Source of the DNA: Eledone cirrhosa
Taxonomy: Eukaryota
Direction: 5' to 3'
Assembly (NCBI GenBank): GCA_964016885.1
Contig: OZ024744.1
Location: 18,600,001 to 18,664,000 of the forward strand
DNA: 64,000 nt
Shown: piece after piece, positions 41,701-55,200 of the stretch
How the letters are laid out: each line of letters opens with the position of its first letter
Numbering within the stretch: the first letter of the stretch is position 1
Translations under genes and position numbers: made by a program
Notes under the pieces: model-generated
Seen by the model: the letters and a program-made list of their open reading frames with translations, nothing else
Told to the model about the DNA's origin: nothing
Databases searched by the model: none

Positions 41701-44700
41701 TATGTCTGTGTGACTGTCTATGTCACTGTGTGTTTCTGTATGTTTGTGTCACTGTGTATGTCACTAAATGTTTGTGTGTGTCTGTGTCTCTGTGTATGTC
41801 ACTGTTTGTTTGCGTGTGTCTGTGTCACTGTGTATGTCACTGTATGTTTCTGTATGTCTGTGTCACTTTGTATGTCACTGTGTGTTTCTGTATGTATGTG
41901 TCACCGTGTATGTCACTGTATCTTTGTGTATGCCTGTGTCACTGTGTATGTCACTGTGTGTTTCTGTATGTTTGTGTCACTGTGTATGTCACTAAATGTT
42001 TGTGTGTGTCTGTGTCACTGTGTATGTCACTGTGTGTTTCTGTATGTCTGTGTGACTGTGTATGTCACTGTTTGTTTGTGTATGTCTGTGTCACTGTGTG
42101 TGTTTCTGTATGTCTGTGTCACTGTGTATGTCATTGCATCTTTGTGTATGTCTGTCTCACTGTGTATGTCACTGTGTGTTTCTGCATGTCTGTGTCACTG
42201 TGTATATCAATGTGTGTTTCTGTATCTCTGTGTCACGGTGTATGTCACTGCATGTTTGTGTATGTCTGTGTGACTGTGTATGTCACTGTGTGTTTCTGTA
42301 TGGCTGTGTCACTGTGTATGTCACTGTATCTTTGTGTATGTCTGTGTCACTCTGTATGTCACTGTATATTTCTGTATGTCTGTGTCACTGTGTATATCAC
42401 TGTATGTTTCTGTATGTATGTGTCACTGTGTGTTTCTGTATGGCTGTGTCACTGTGTATGTCACTGTATCTTTGTGTATGTCTGTGTCACTGTGAATGTC
42501 ACAGTGTGTTTCTGTATGTCTGTGTCACTGTCTATGTTACTGTATGTTTCTGAATGTCTGTGTCACTGTGTATGTCACTGTGTGTTTGTGTATGTCTGTG
42601 TCACTGTATGTTTCTGTATGTCTGTGTCACTGTGTATGTCACTGTGTGTTTCTGTATGTCTGTGTCACAGTGTATGACATTGTATCTTTGTGTATGTCTG
42701 TGTCACTGTGTATGTCACTGTATGTTTCTGTATGTTTGTGTCACTGTGTATGTCACTGTGTGTTTCTGTATGTTTGTGTCTCTGTGTATGTCACTGTATG
42801 TTTCTGTATGTCTGTTTCACTGTGTATGTCACTGTGTCTTTATGTATGTCTGTGTCACTCTGTATGTCACTGTATATTTCTGTATGTCTGTGTCACAGTG
42901 TATGTCACTGTATGTTTCTGTATGTCTGTGTCACTATGTATGCCACTGTATATTTGTGTTGTCTGTGTCATTGTGTATGTCACTGGGTGTTTCTGTATGT
43001 TTGTGCCACTGTGTATGACACTGTGTCTTTCTGTATGTATGTATCACTGTGTATGTCACTGTGTGTATCTGTATGTCGGTGTCACTGTGTAAGTCATTGT
43101 ATCTTTGTGTATGTCTGTGGCACTCTGTATGTCGTTGTGTGTTTCTGTATGTATGTGTCTCTGTGTATGTCACTGTATATTTGTGTATGTATGTGTCACT
43201 GTGTATGTCACTGTGAGTTTCTCTATGTCTGTGTCACTGTGTATGTCACTGTATGTCTCTGTATGTCTGTGTCACTGTCTATGTCACTGTATCTTTGTGT
43301 ATGTCTGTGTCACTGTGTATGTCACTGTGTGTTTCTGTATCTCTGTGTCACGGTGTATGTCACTGCATGTTTGTGTATGTCTGTGTGACTGTGTATGTCA
43401 CTGTGTATGTCACTGTATCTTTGTGTATGTCTGTGTCACTGTGTATGTCACAGTGTGTTTCTGTATGTCTGTGTCACTGTATATGTCACTGTATGTTTCT
43501 GAATGTCTGTGTCACTGTGTATGTCACTGTGTGTTTCTGTATGTCTGTGTCACGGTGTATGTCACTGTATGTTTGTGTGTGACTGTGTCACTGTGTATGT
43601 CACTGTGTGTTTGTGTATGTCTGTGTCACTGTAAGTTTCTGTATGTCTGTGTCACTGTGTATGTCACTGTGTGTTTCTGGATGTCTGTGTCACTGTGTAT
43701 GTCATTGTATCTTTGTGTATGTCTGTGTCACTGTGCATGTCACTGTATGTTTCTGTAAGTTTGTGTCACTGTGTATGTCACTGTATGTTTATGTATGTCT
43801 GTTTCACTGTGTATGTCACTGTGTCTTTATGTATGTCTGTGTCACTCTGTATGTCACTGTATATTTCTGTATGTCTGTGTCACTGTGTATGTCACTGTAT
43901 GTTTCTGTATGTCTGTGTCACTGTGTATGTCACTGTATGCTTCTGTATGTCTGTGTCACTGTGTATGTCACTGTATCTTTGTGTATGTATGTGTCCCTGT
44001 GTATGTCACTGTATGTTTCTGTATGTTTGTGTCACTGTGTATGTCACTGTGTGTTTCTGTATGTCTGTGTCACTGTGTATGTCACTGTGTGTTTCTGTAT
44101 GTTTGTGTCACTGTGTATGTCACTAAATGTTTGTGTGTGTCTGTGTCTCTGTGTATGTCACTGTTTGTGTGCGTGTGTCTGTGTCACTGTGTATGTCACT
44201 GTGTGTTTCTGTATGTCTGTGTGACTGTCTATGTCACTGTGTGTTTCTGTATGTTTGTGTCACTGTGTATGTCACTAAATGTTTGTGTGTGTCTGTGTCT
44301 CTGTGTATGTCACTGTTTGTTTGCGTGTGTCTGTGTCACTGTGTATGTCACTGTATGTTTCTGTATGTCTGTGTCACTTTGTATGTCACTGTGTGTTTCT
44401 GTATGTATGTGTCACCGTGTATGTCACTGTATCTTTGTGTATGCCTGTGTCACTGTGTATGTCACTGTGTGTTTCTGTATGTTTGTGTCACTGTGTATGT
44501 CACTAAATGTTTGTGTGTGTCTGTGTCACTGTGTATGTCACTGTGTGTTTCTGTATGTCTGTGTGACTGTGTATGTCACTGTTTGTTTGTGTATGTCTGT
44601 GTCACTGTGTGTGTTTCTGTATGTCTGTGTCACTGTGTATGTCATTGCATCTTTGTGTATGTCTGTCTCACTGTGTATGTCACTGTGTGTTTCTGCATGT

Positions 44701-47700
44701 CTGTGTCACTGTGTATATCAATGTGTGTTTCTGTATCTCTGTGTCACGGTGTATGTCACTGCATGTTTGTGTATGTCTGTGTGACTGTGTATGTCACTGT
44801 GTGTTTCTGTATGGCTGTGTCACTGTGTATGTCACTGTATCTTTGTGTATGTCTGTGTCACTCTGTATGTCACTGTATATTTCTGTATGTCTGTGTCACT
44901 GTGTATATCACTGTATGTTTCTGTATGTATGTGTCACTGTGTGTTTCTGTATGGCTGTGTCACTGTGTATGTCACTGTATCTTTGTGTATGTCTGTGTCA
45001 CTGTGTATGTCACAGTGTGTTTCTGTATGTCTGTGTCACTGTCTATGTTACTGTATGTTTCTGAATGTCTGTGTCACTGTGTATGTCACTGTGTGTTTGT
45101 GTATGTCTGTGTCACTGTATGTTTCTGTATGTCTGTGTCACTGTGTATGTCACTGTGTGTTTCTGTATGTCTGTGTCACAGTGTATGACATTGTATCTTT
45201 GTGTATGTCTGTGTCACTGTGTATGTCACTGTATGTTTCTGTATGTTTGTGTCACTGTGTATGTCACTGTGTGTTTCTGTATGTTTGTGTCTCTGTGTAT
45301 GTCACTGTATGTTTCTGTATGTCTGTTTCACTGTGTATGTCACTGTGTCTTTATGTATGTCTGTGTCACTCTGTATGTCACTGTATATTTCTGTATGTCT
45401 GTGTCACAGTGTATGTCACTGTATGTTTCTGTATGTCTGTGTCACTGTGTATGTCACTGTATGCTTCTGTATGTCTGTGTCACTGTGTATGTCACTGTAT
45501 CTTTGTGTATGTCTGTGTCCCTGTGTATGTCACTGTATGTTTCTGTATGTTTGTGTCACTGTGTATGTCACTGTGTGTTTATGTATGTCTGTGTCACTGT
45601 GTATGTCACTGTGTGTTTCTGTATGTTTGTGTTACTGTGTATGTCACTAAATGTTTGTGTGTGTCTGTGTCTCTGTGTATGTCACTGTTTGTTTGCGTGT
45701 GTCTGTGTCACTGTGTATGTCACTGTGTGTTTCTGTATGTCACTGTGTGTTTGTGCATGTCTGTGTCACTGTATGTTTCTGTATGTCTGTGTCACAGTGT
45801 ATGTCACTGTGTGTTTCTGTATGTATGTGTCACCGTGTATGTCACTGTATCTTTGTGTATGCCTGTGTCACTGTGTATGTCCCTGTGTGTTTCTGTATGT
45901 TTGTGTCACTGTGTATGTCACTAAATGTTTGTGTGTGTCTGTGTCACTGTGTATGTCACTGTGTGTTTCTGTATGTCTGTGTGACTGTGTATGTGACTGT
46001 TTGTTTCTGCATGTCTGTGTCACTGTGTATGTCACTGTGTGTTTCTGTATGTCTGTGTCACTGTGTATGTCACTGTATGTTTCTGTATGTCTGTTTCACT
46101 GTGTATATCACTGTGTGTTTCTGTATGTCTGTGTCACTGTATATGTCACTGTATCTTTGTGTATGCCTGTGTCACTGTCTATGTCTCTGTATGTTTCTGT
46201 ATGTCTGTGTCACTATGTATGCCACTGAATATTTGTGTTGTCTGTGTCATTGTATATGTCACTGGGTGTTTCTGTATGTCTGTGTCACTGTGTATGACAC
46301 TGTGTCTTTCTGTATGTATGTATCACTGTGTATGTCACTGTGTGTATCTGTATGTCTGTGTCACTGTGTAAGTCATTGTATATTTGTGTATGTCTGTGTC
46401 ACTGTGTATGTCACTGTATGTTTCTGTAAGTTTGTGTCACTGTGTATGTCACTGTGTGTTTCTGTATGTCTGTGTCTCTGTGTATGTCACTGTATGTTTC
46501 TGTATGTCTGTTTCACTGTGTATGTCACTGTGTCTTTATGTATGTCTGTGTCACTCTGTATGTCACTGTATATTTCTGTATGTCTGTGTCACTGTGTATG
46601 TCACTGTATGTTTCTGTATGTTTGTGTCACTGTGTATGTCACTGTATGTTTCTGTATGTCTGTTTCACTGTGTATGTCACTGTGTCTTTATGTATGTCTG
46701 TGTCACTCTGTATGTCACTGTACATTTCGGTATGTCTGTGTCACTGTGTATGTCACTGTATGTTTCTGTATGCCTGTGTCTATGTGTATGTCACTGTATG
46801 TTTCTGTATGTCTGTGTCACTGTGTATGTCAATGTATGTTTATGTATGTCTGTTTCACTGTGTATGTCACTGTGTGTTTCTGTATGTCTGTGTCACTCTG
46901 TATGTCACTGTATATTTCTGTATGTCTGTGTCACTGTGTATGTCACTGTATGTTTCTGTATGTCTGTGTCACTGTGTATGTCACTGTGTGTTTCTGTATG
47001 TCTGTGTCACTGTATATGTCATTGTATCTTTGTGTATGCCTGTGTCACTGTTTATGTGACTGTATGTTTCTGTATGTCTGTTTCAGTGTGTATGTCACTG
47101 TATATTTGTGTATGTCTGTGTCACTCTGTATGTCACTGTGTGTTTCTGTATGTCTGTGTCACTATGTATGCCACTGTATGTTTGTGTTATCTGTGTCATT
47201 GTATATGTCACTGGGTGTTTCTGTATGTCTGTGTCACTGTGTATGACACTGTGTGTTTCTGTATGTATGTATCACTGTGTATGTCACTGTGTGTTTCTGT
47301 ATGTCTGTGTCACTATGTAAGTCATTGTATCTTTGTGTATGTCTGTGGCACTCTGTATGTTGTTGTGTGTTTCTGTATGTATGTGTCTCTGTGTATGTCA
47401 CTGTATCTTTGTGTATGTATGTGTCACTGTGTATGTTACTGTGAGTTTATGTATGTCTGTGTCACTGTGTATGTCACTGTATGTCTATGTATGTCTGTGT
47501 CACTGTCTATGTCACTGTATCTTTGTGTATGTCTGTATCACTGTGTATGTCACTGTGTGTTTATGTATGTCTGTGTCTCTGTGTATGTCACTGTATCTTT
47601 GCGTATGTCTGCGTCACTGTGTATGTCACTGTGTGTTTCTGTATGTCTGTGTCACTGTGTATGTCACAGTGTGTTTCTGTATATCTGTGTCTCTGTGTAT

Positions 47701-50700
47701 GTCACTGTATTTTTGTGTATGTCTGTGTCACTGTGTATGTCACTGTATGTTTCTGTATGTATGTTTCACTGTGTATGGCACTAAATGTTTGTGTGTGTCT
47801 GTGTCTCTGTGTATGTCACTGTGTGTTTGCGTGTGTCTGTGTCACTGTGTATGTCACTGTTTGTTTCTGTATGTCTGTGTGACTGTGTATGTCACTGTTT
47901 GTTTGTGTATGTCTGTGTCACTGTGTGTGTTTCTGTATGTCTGTGTCACTGTGTATGTCATTGCATCTTTGTGTATGTCTGTGTCACTCTGTATGTCACT
48001 GTGTCTTTCTGCATGTCTGTGTCACTGTGTATGTCACTGTGTGTTCCTGTATGTCTGTGTCACTGTATATGTCACTGTATCTTTGTGTATGCCTGTGTCA
48101 CTGTCTATGTCACTGTATGTTTCTGTATGTCTGTTTCACTGTGTATGTCACTGTATATATGTGTATGTCTGTGTCACTCTGTATGTCACTGTGTGTTTCT
48201 GTATGTCTGTGTCACTATGCATGCCACTGTATGTTTGTGTTGTCTGTGTCATTGTGTATGTCACTGGGTGTTTCTGTATGTCTGTGTCACTGTGTATGAC
48301 ACTGTGTCTTTCTGTATGTATGTATCAATGTGTATGTCACTGCGTGTATCTGTATGTCTGTGTCACTGTGTAAGTCATTGTATCTTTGTGTATGTCTGTG
48401 GCACTCTGTATGTCGTTGTGTGTTTCTGTATTTATGTGTCTCTGTGTATGTCACTGTATATTTGTGTATGTATGTGTCACTGTGTATGTCACTGTGAGTT
48501 TCTCTATGTCTGTGTCACTGTGTATGTCACTGTATGTCTCTGTATGTCTGTGTCACTGTCTATGTCACTGTATCTTTGTGTATGTCTGTGTCACTGTGTA
48601 TGTCACTGTGTGTTTATGTATTTCTGTGTCTCTGTGTATGCCACTGTATCTTTGTGTATGTCTGCGTCACTGTGTATGTCACTGTGTGCTTCTGTATGTC
48701 TATGTCACTGTGTATGTCACAGTGTGTTTCTGTATATATGTGTCTCTGTGTATGTCACTGTATCTTTGTGTATGTCTGTGTCACTGTGTGTTTCTGTATG
48801 TCTGTGTCACTGTGTATGTCACTCTATGTTTGTGTGTGTCTGTGTCACTGTGTATGTCACTGTGTGTTTGTGTATGTCTGTGTCACTGTATGTTTATGTA
48901 TGTCTGTGTCACTGTGTATGTCACTGTTTGTTTCTGTATGTATGTGTCACTGTGTATGTCACCGTATGTGTGTGTATGTCTGTGTCACGGTGTATGTCAC
49001 TGTATCTTTGTGTATGCCTGTGTCACTGTGTATATCACTGTGTGTTTCTGTATGTCTGTGTCACTGTGTATGTCACTGTATGTTTGTGTATGCCTGTGTC
49101 ACTGTGTATGTCGATGTGTGTTTCTGTATGTCTGTGTCACTGTGTATGTCACTGTGTGTTTCTGTATGTCGGTGTCACTGTGTATATCACTGTGTGTTTC
49201 TGTATATCTGTGTCTCTGTGTATGTCACTGTTTGTTTGCGTGTGTCTGTGTCACTGTGTATGTCACTGTGTGTTTCTGTATGTCTGTGTGACTGTGTATG
49301 TCACTGTGTGTTTGTGTATGTCTGTGTCACTGTATGTTTCTGTATGTCTGTGTCACTGTGTATGTCACTGTGTGTTTCTGTATGTATGTGTCACCGTGTA
49401 TGTCACTGTATCTTTGTGTATGCCTGTGTCACTGTGTATGTCACTGTGTGTTTCTGTATGTTTGTGTCACTGTGTATGTCACTAAATGTTTGTGTATGTC
49501 TGTGTCTCTGTGTATGTCACTGTGTGTTTGCGTGTGTCTGTGTCACTGTGTATGTCACTGTGTGTTTCTGTATGTCTGTGTGACTGTGTATGTCACTGTT
49601 TGTTTGTGTATGTCTGTGTCACTGTGTGTGTTTCTGTATGTCTGTGTCACTGTGTATGTCATTGCATCTTTGTGTATGTCTGTCTCACTCTGTATGTCAC
49701 TGTGTGTTTCTGCATGTCTGTTTCACTGTGTATGTCACTGTGTGTTTCTGTATGTCTGTGTCACGGTGTATGTCACTGTACGTTTGTGTGTGACTGTGTC
49801 ACTGTGTATGTCACTAAATGTTTGTGTGTGTCTGTGTCTCTGTGTATGTCACTGTTTGTTTGCGTGTGTCTGTGTCACTGTGTATGTCACTGTATGTTTC
49901 TGTATGTCTGTGTCACTTTGTATGTCACTGTGTGTTTCTGTGTGTATGTGTCACCGTGTATGTCACTGTATCTTTGTGTATGCCTGTGTCACTGTGTATG
50001 TCACTGTGTGTTTCTGTATGTTTGTGTCACTGTGTATGTCACTAAATGTTTGTGTGTGTCTGTGTCACTGTGTATGTCACTGTGTGTTTCTGTATGTCTG
50101 TGTGACTGTTTATGTCACTGTTTGTTTGTGTATGTCTGTGTCACTGTGTGTGTTTCTGTATGTCTGTGTCACTGTGTATGTCATTGCATTTTTGTGTATG
50201 TCTGTCTCACTGTGTATGTCACTGTGTGTTTCTGCATGTCTGTGTCACTGTGTATGTCACTGTGTGCTTCTGTATGTCTGTGTCACTGTGTATGTCACTG
50301 TATGTTTCTGTATGTCTCTTTCACTGTGTATATCACTGTGTGTTTCTGTATGTCTGTGTCACTGTATATGTCACTGTATCTTTGTGTATGCCTGTGTCAC
50401 TGTCTATGTCACTGTATGTTTCTGTATGTCTGTTTCACTGTGTATGTCACTGTATATTTGTGTATGTATGTGTCACTCTGTATGTCACTGTGTGTTTCTG
50501 TATGTCTGTGTCACTATGTATGCCACTGTATATTTGTGTTGTCTGTGTCATTGTGTATGTCACTGGGTGTTTCTGTATGTTTGTGTCACTGTGTATGACA
50601 CTGTGTCTTTCTGTATGTATGTATCACTGTGTATGTCACTGTGTGTATCTGTATGTCGGTGTCACTGTGTAAGTCATTGTATCTTTGTGTATGTCTGTGG

Positions 50701-52296
50701 CACTCTGTATGTCGTTGTGTGTTTCTGTATGTATGTGTCTCTGTGTATGTCACTGTATATTTGTGTATGTATGTGTCACTGTGTATGTCACTGTGAGTTT
50801 CTCTATGTCTGTGTCACTGTGTATGTCACTGTATGTCTCTGTATGTCTGTGTCACTGTCTATGTCACTGTATCTTTGTGTATGTCTGTGTCACTGTGTAT
50901 GTCACTGTGTGTTTCTGTATCTCTGTGTCACGGTGTATGTCACTGCATGTTTGTGTATGTCTGTGTGACTGTGTATGTCACTGTGTATGTCACTGTATCT
51001 TTGTGTATGTCTGTGTCACTGTGTATGTCACAGTGTGTTTCTGTATGTCTGTGTCACTGTATATGTCACTGTATGTTTCTGAATGTCTGTGTCACTGTGT
51101 ATGTCACTGTGTGTTTCTGTATGTCTGTGTCACGGTGTATGTCACTGTATGTTTGTGTGTGACTGTGTCACTGTGTATGTCACTGTGTGTTTGTGTATGT
51201 CTGTGTCACTGTAAGTTTCTGTATGTCTGTGTCACTGTGTATGTCACTGTGTGTTTCTGGATGTCTGTGTCACTGTGTATGTCATTGTATCTTTGTGTAT
51301 GTCTGTGTCACTGTGCATGTCACTGTATGTTTCTGTAAGTTTGTGTCACTGTGTATGTCACTGTATGTTTATGTATGTCTGTTTCACTGTGTATGTCACT
51401 GTGTCTTTATGTATGTCTGTGTCACTCTGTATGTCACTGTATATTTCTGTATGTCTGTGTCACTGTGTATGTCACTGTATGTTTCTGTATGTCTGTGTCA
51501 CTGTGTATGTCACTGTATGCTTCTGTATGTCTGTGTCACTGTGTATGTCACTGTATCTTTGTGTATGTCTGTGTCCCTGTGTATGTCACTGTATGTTTCT
51601 GTATGTTTGTGTCACTGTGTATGTCACTGTGTGTTTCTGTATGTCTGTGTCACTGTGTATGTCACTGTGTGTTTCTGTATGTTTGTGTCACTGTGTATGT
51701 CACTAAATGTTTGTGTGTGTCTGTGTCTCTGTGTATGTCACTGTTTGTGTGCGTGTGTCTGTGTCACTGTGTATGTCACTGTGTGTTTCTGTATGTCTGT
51801 GTGACTGTCTATGTCACTGTGTGTTTCTGTATGTTTGTGTCACTGTGTATGTCACTAAATGTTTGTGTGTGTCTGTGTCTCTGTGTATGTCACTGTTTGT
51901 TTGCGTGTGTCTGTGTCACTGTGTATGTCACTGTATGTTTCTGTATGTCTGTGTCACTTTGTATGTCACTGTGTGTTTCTGTATGTATGTGTCACCGTGT
52001 ATGTCACTGTATCTTTGTGTATGCCTGTGTCACTGTGTATGTCACTGTGTGTTTCTGTATGTTTGTGTCACTGTGTATGTCACTAAATGTTTGTGTGTGT
52101 CTGTGTCACTGTGTATGTCACTGTGTGTTTCTGTATGTCTGTGTGACTGTGTATGTCACTGTTTGTTTGTGTATGTCTGTGTCACTGTGTGTGTTTCTGT
52201 ATGTCTGTGTCACTGTGTATGTCATTGCATCTTTGTGTATGTCTGTCTCACTGTGTATGTCACTGTGTGTTTCTGCATGTCTGTGTCACTGTGTAT
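27370..52296. repeat. Higher-order repeat of ~7580 bp (about 200 monomers; landmark order A-B-C-D): copies at ~27.37-34.95 kb, ~34.95-42.20 kb (332-bp deletion) and ~44.71-52.29 kb
   Basis: Landmark spacings 949+1053+2299+3279 sum to 7580 and recur. ORF offsets are 7578 (27454/35032), 7580 (29994/37574), 7248 (32773/40021), 9759 (37574/47333) and 17339 (29994/47333, 32773/50112). Confidence 0.9.
40402..45446. repeat. Near-perfect tandem duplication, period 2511 bp
   Basis: ORF pairs 40594/43105, 41096/43607, 41616/44127, 42062/44573 and 42690/45201 all differ by 2511. The junction is near 42913-42936. Confidence 0.92.
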
Positions 52297-55200
52297 GTCA
52301 CTGTGTGTTTCTGTATGTCTGTGTCACTGTGTATGTCACTGTATGTTTCTGTATGTCTCTTTCACTGTGTATATCACTGTGTGTTTCTGTATGTCTGTGT
52401 CACTGTATATGTCACTGTATCTTTGTGTATGCCTGTGTCACTGTCTATGTCACTGTATGTTTCTGTATGTATGTTTCACTGTGTATGTCACTGTATATTT
52501 GTGTATGTCTGTGTCACTCTGTATGTCACTGTGTGTTTCTGTATGTCTGTGTCACTATGTATGCCACTGTATATTTGTGTTGTCTGTGTCATTGTGTATG
52601 TCACTGGGTGTTTCTGTATGTCTGTGTCACTGTGTATGACAATGTGTCTTTCTGTATGTATGTATCACTGTGTATGTCACTGTGTGTATCTGTATGTCGG
52701 TGTCACTGTGTAAGTCATTGTATCTTTGTGTATGTCTGTGGCACTCTGTATGTCGTTATGTGTTTCTGTATGTATGTGTCTCTGTGTATGTCACTGTATA
52801 TTTGTGTATGTATGTGTCACTGTGTATGTCACTGTGAGTTTCTCTATGTCTGTGTCACTGTGTATGTCACTGTATGTCTCTGTATGTCTGTGTCACTGTC
52901 TATGTCACTGTATCTTTGTGTATGTCTGTGACACTGTGTATGTCACTGTGTGTTTCTGTATGTCTGTGTCAATGTGTATGTCACAGTTTGTTTCTGTATA
53001 TATGTGTCTCTGTGTATGTCACTGTAGTTTTGTGTATGTCTGTGTCACTGTGTGTTTCTGTATGTCTGTGTCACTGTGTATGTCACTGTATGTTTCTGTA
53101 TGTCTGTGTCACTGTGTATGTCATTGTTTGTTTCTGTATGTATGTGTCACTGTGTATGTCACCGTATGTGTGTGTATGTCTGTGTCACGGTGTATGTCAC
53201 TGTATCTTAGGGTATGCCTGTGTCACTGTGTGTGTCACTGTGAGTTTCTGTATGTCTGTGTCTCTGTGTATGTCACTGTATCTTTGTGCATGTATGTGTC
53301 ACTGTGTATGTCACTGTATGTTTCTGTATGTCTGTGTCACTGTGTATATCACTGTGTGTTTCTGTATATCTGTGTCTCTGTGTATGTCACTGTATCTTTG
53401 TGTATGTCTGTGTCACTGTGTATGTCACTGTATATTTTTGTATGTCTGTGTCACGGTGTATATCACTGTATGTTTGTGTATGTCTGTGTCACTGTGTATG
53501 TCACTGTGTGTTTCTGTATGTCTGTGTCACTGTGTATATCAATGTGTGTTTCTGTATCTCTGTGTCACGGTGTATGTCACTGCATGTTTGTGTATGTCTG
53601 TGTGACTGTGTATGTCACTGTGTGTTTCTGTATGGCTGTGTCACTGTGTATGTCACTGTATCTTTGTGTATGTCTGTGTCACTGTGTATGTCACAGTGTG
53701 TTTCTGTATGTCTGTGTCACTGTATATGTCACTGTATGTTTCTGAATGTCTGTGTCACTGTGTATGTCACTGTGTGTTTCTGTATGTCTGTGTCACGGTG
53801 TATGTCACTGTATGTTTGTGTGTGACTGTGTCACTGTGTATGTCACTGTGTGTTTGTGTATGTCTGTGTCACTGTAAGTTTCTGTATGTCTGTGTCACTG
53901 TGTATGTCACTGTGTGTTTCTGGATGTCTGTGTCACTGTGTATGTCATTGTATCTTTGTGTATGTCTGTGTCACTGTGTATGTCACTGTATGTTTCTGTA
54001 AGTTTGTGTCACTGTGTATGTCACTCTATGTTTATGTATGTCTGTTTCACTGTGTATGTCACTGTGTGTTTATGTATGTCTGTGTGACTGTCTATGTCAC
54101 TGTGTGTTTCTGTATGTTTGTGTCACTGTGTATGTCACTAAATGTTTGTGTGTGTCTGTGTCTCTGTGTATGTCACTGTTTGTTTGCGTGTGTCTGTGTC
54201 ACTGTGTATGTCACTGTATGTTTCTGTATGTCTGTGTCACTTTGTATGTCACTGTGTGTTTCTGTATGTATGTGTCACCGTGTATGTCACTGTATCTTTG
54301 TGTATGCCTGTGTCACTGTGTATGTCACTGTGTGTTTCTGTATGTTTGTGTCACTGTGTATGTCACTAAATGTGTGTGTGTGTCTGTGTCACTGTGTATG
54401 TCACAGTGTGTTTCTGTATGTCTGTGTGACTGTGTATGTCACTGTTTGTTTGTGTATGTCTGTGTCACTGTGTGTGTTTCTGTATGTCTGTGTCACTGTG
54501 TATGTCATTGCATCTTTGTGTATGTCTGTCTCACTGTGTATGTCACTGTGTGTTTCTGCATGTCTGTGTCACTGTGTATGTCACTGTGTGTTTCTGTATG
54601 TCTGTGTCACTGTGTATGTCACTGTATGTTTCTGTATGTCTCTTTCACTGTGTATATCACTGTGTGTTTCTGTATGTCTGTGTCACTGTATATGTCACTG
54701 TATATTTGTGTATGCCTGTGTCACTGTCTATGTCACTGTATGTTTCTGTATGTCTGTTTCACTGTGTATGTCACTGTATATTTGTGTATGTCTGTGTCAC
54801 TCTGTATGTCACTGTGTGTTTCTGTATGTCTGTGTCACTATGTATGCCACTGTATATTTGTGTTGTCTGTGTCATTGTGTATGTCACTGGGTGTTTATGT
54901 ATGTCTGTGTCACTGTGTATGACACTGTGTCTTTCTGTATGTATGTATCACTGTGTATGTCACTGTGTGTATCTGTATGTCGGTGTCACTGTGTAAGTCA
55001 TTGTATTTTTGTGTATGTCTGTGACACTCTGTATGTCGTTGTGTGTTTCTGTATGTATGTGTCTCTGTGTATGTCACTGTATATTTGTGTATGTATGTGT
55101 CACTGTGTATGTCACTGTGAGTTTCTCTATGTCTGTGTCACTGTGTATGTCACTGTATGTCTCTGTATGTCTGTGTCACTGTCTATGTCACTGTATCTTT

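Noticed and set aside
42934-43173. The only minus-strand ORF (79 aa)
   Set aside because: The minus strand normally has TGA from each GTCAC. Here the landmark variants plus a private GTCAC>GCCAC at ~43006 remove the in-frame stops by chance. The product is a low-complexity T/H/Q/D repeat.
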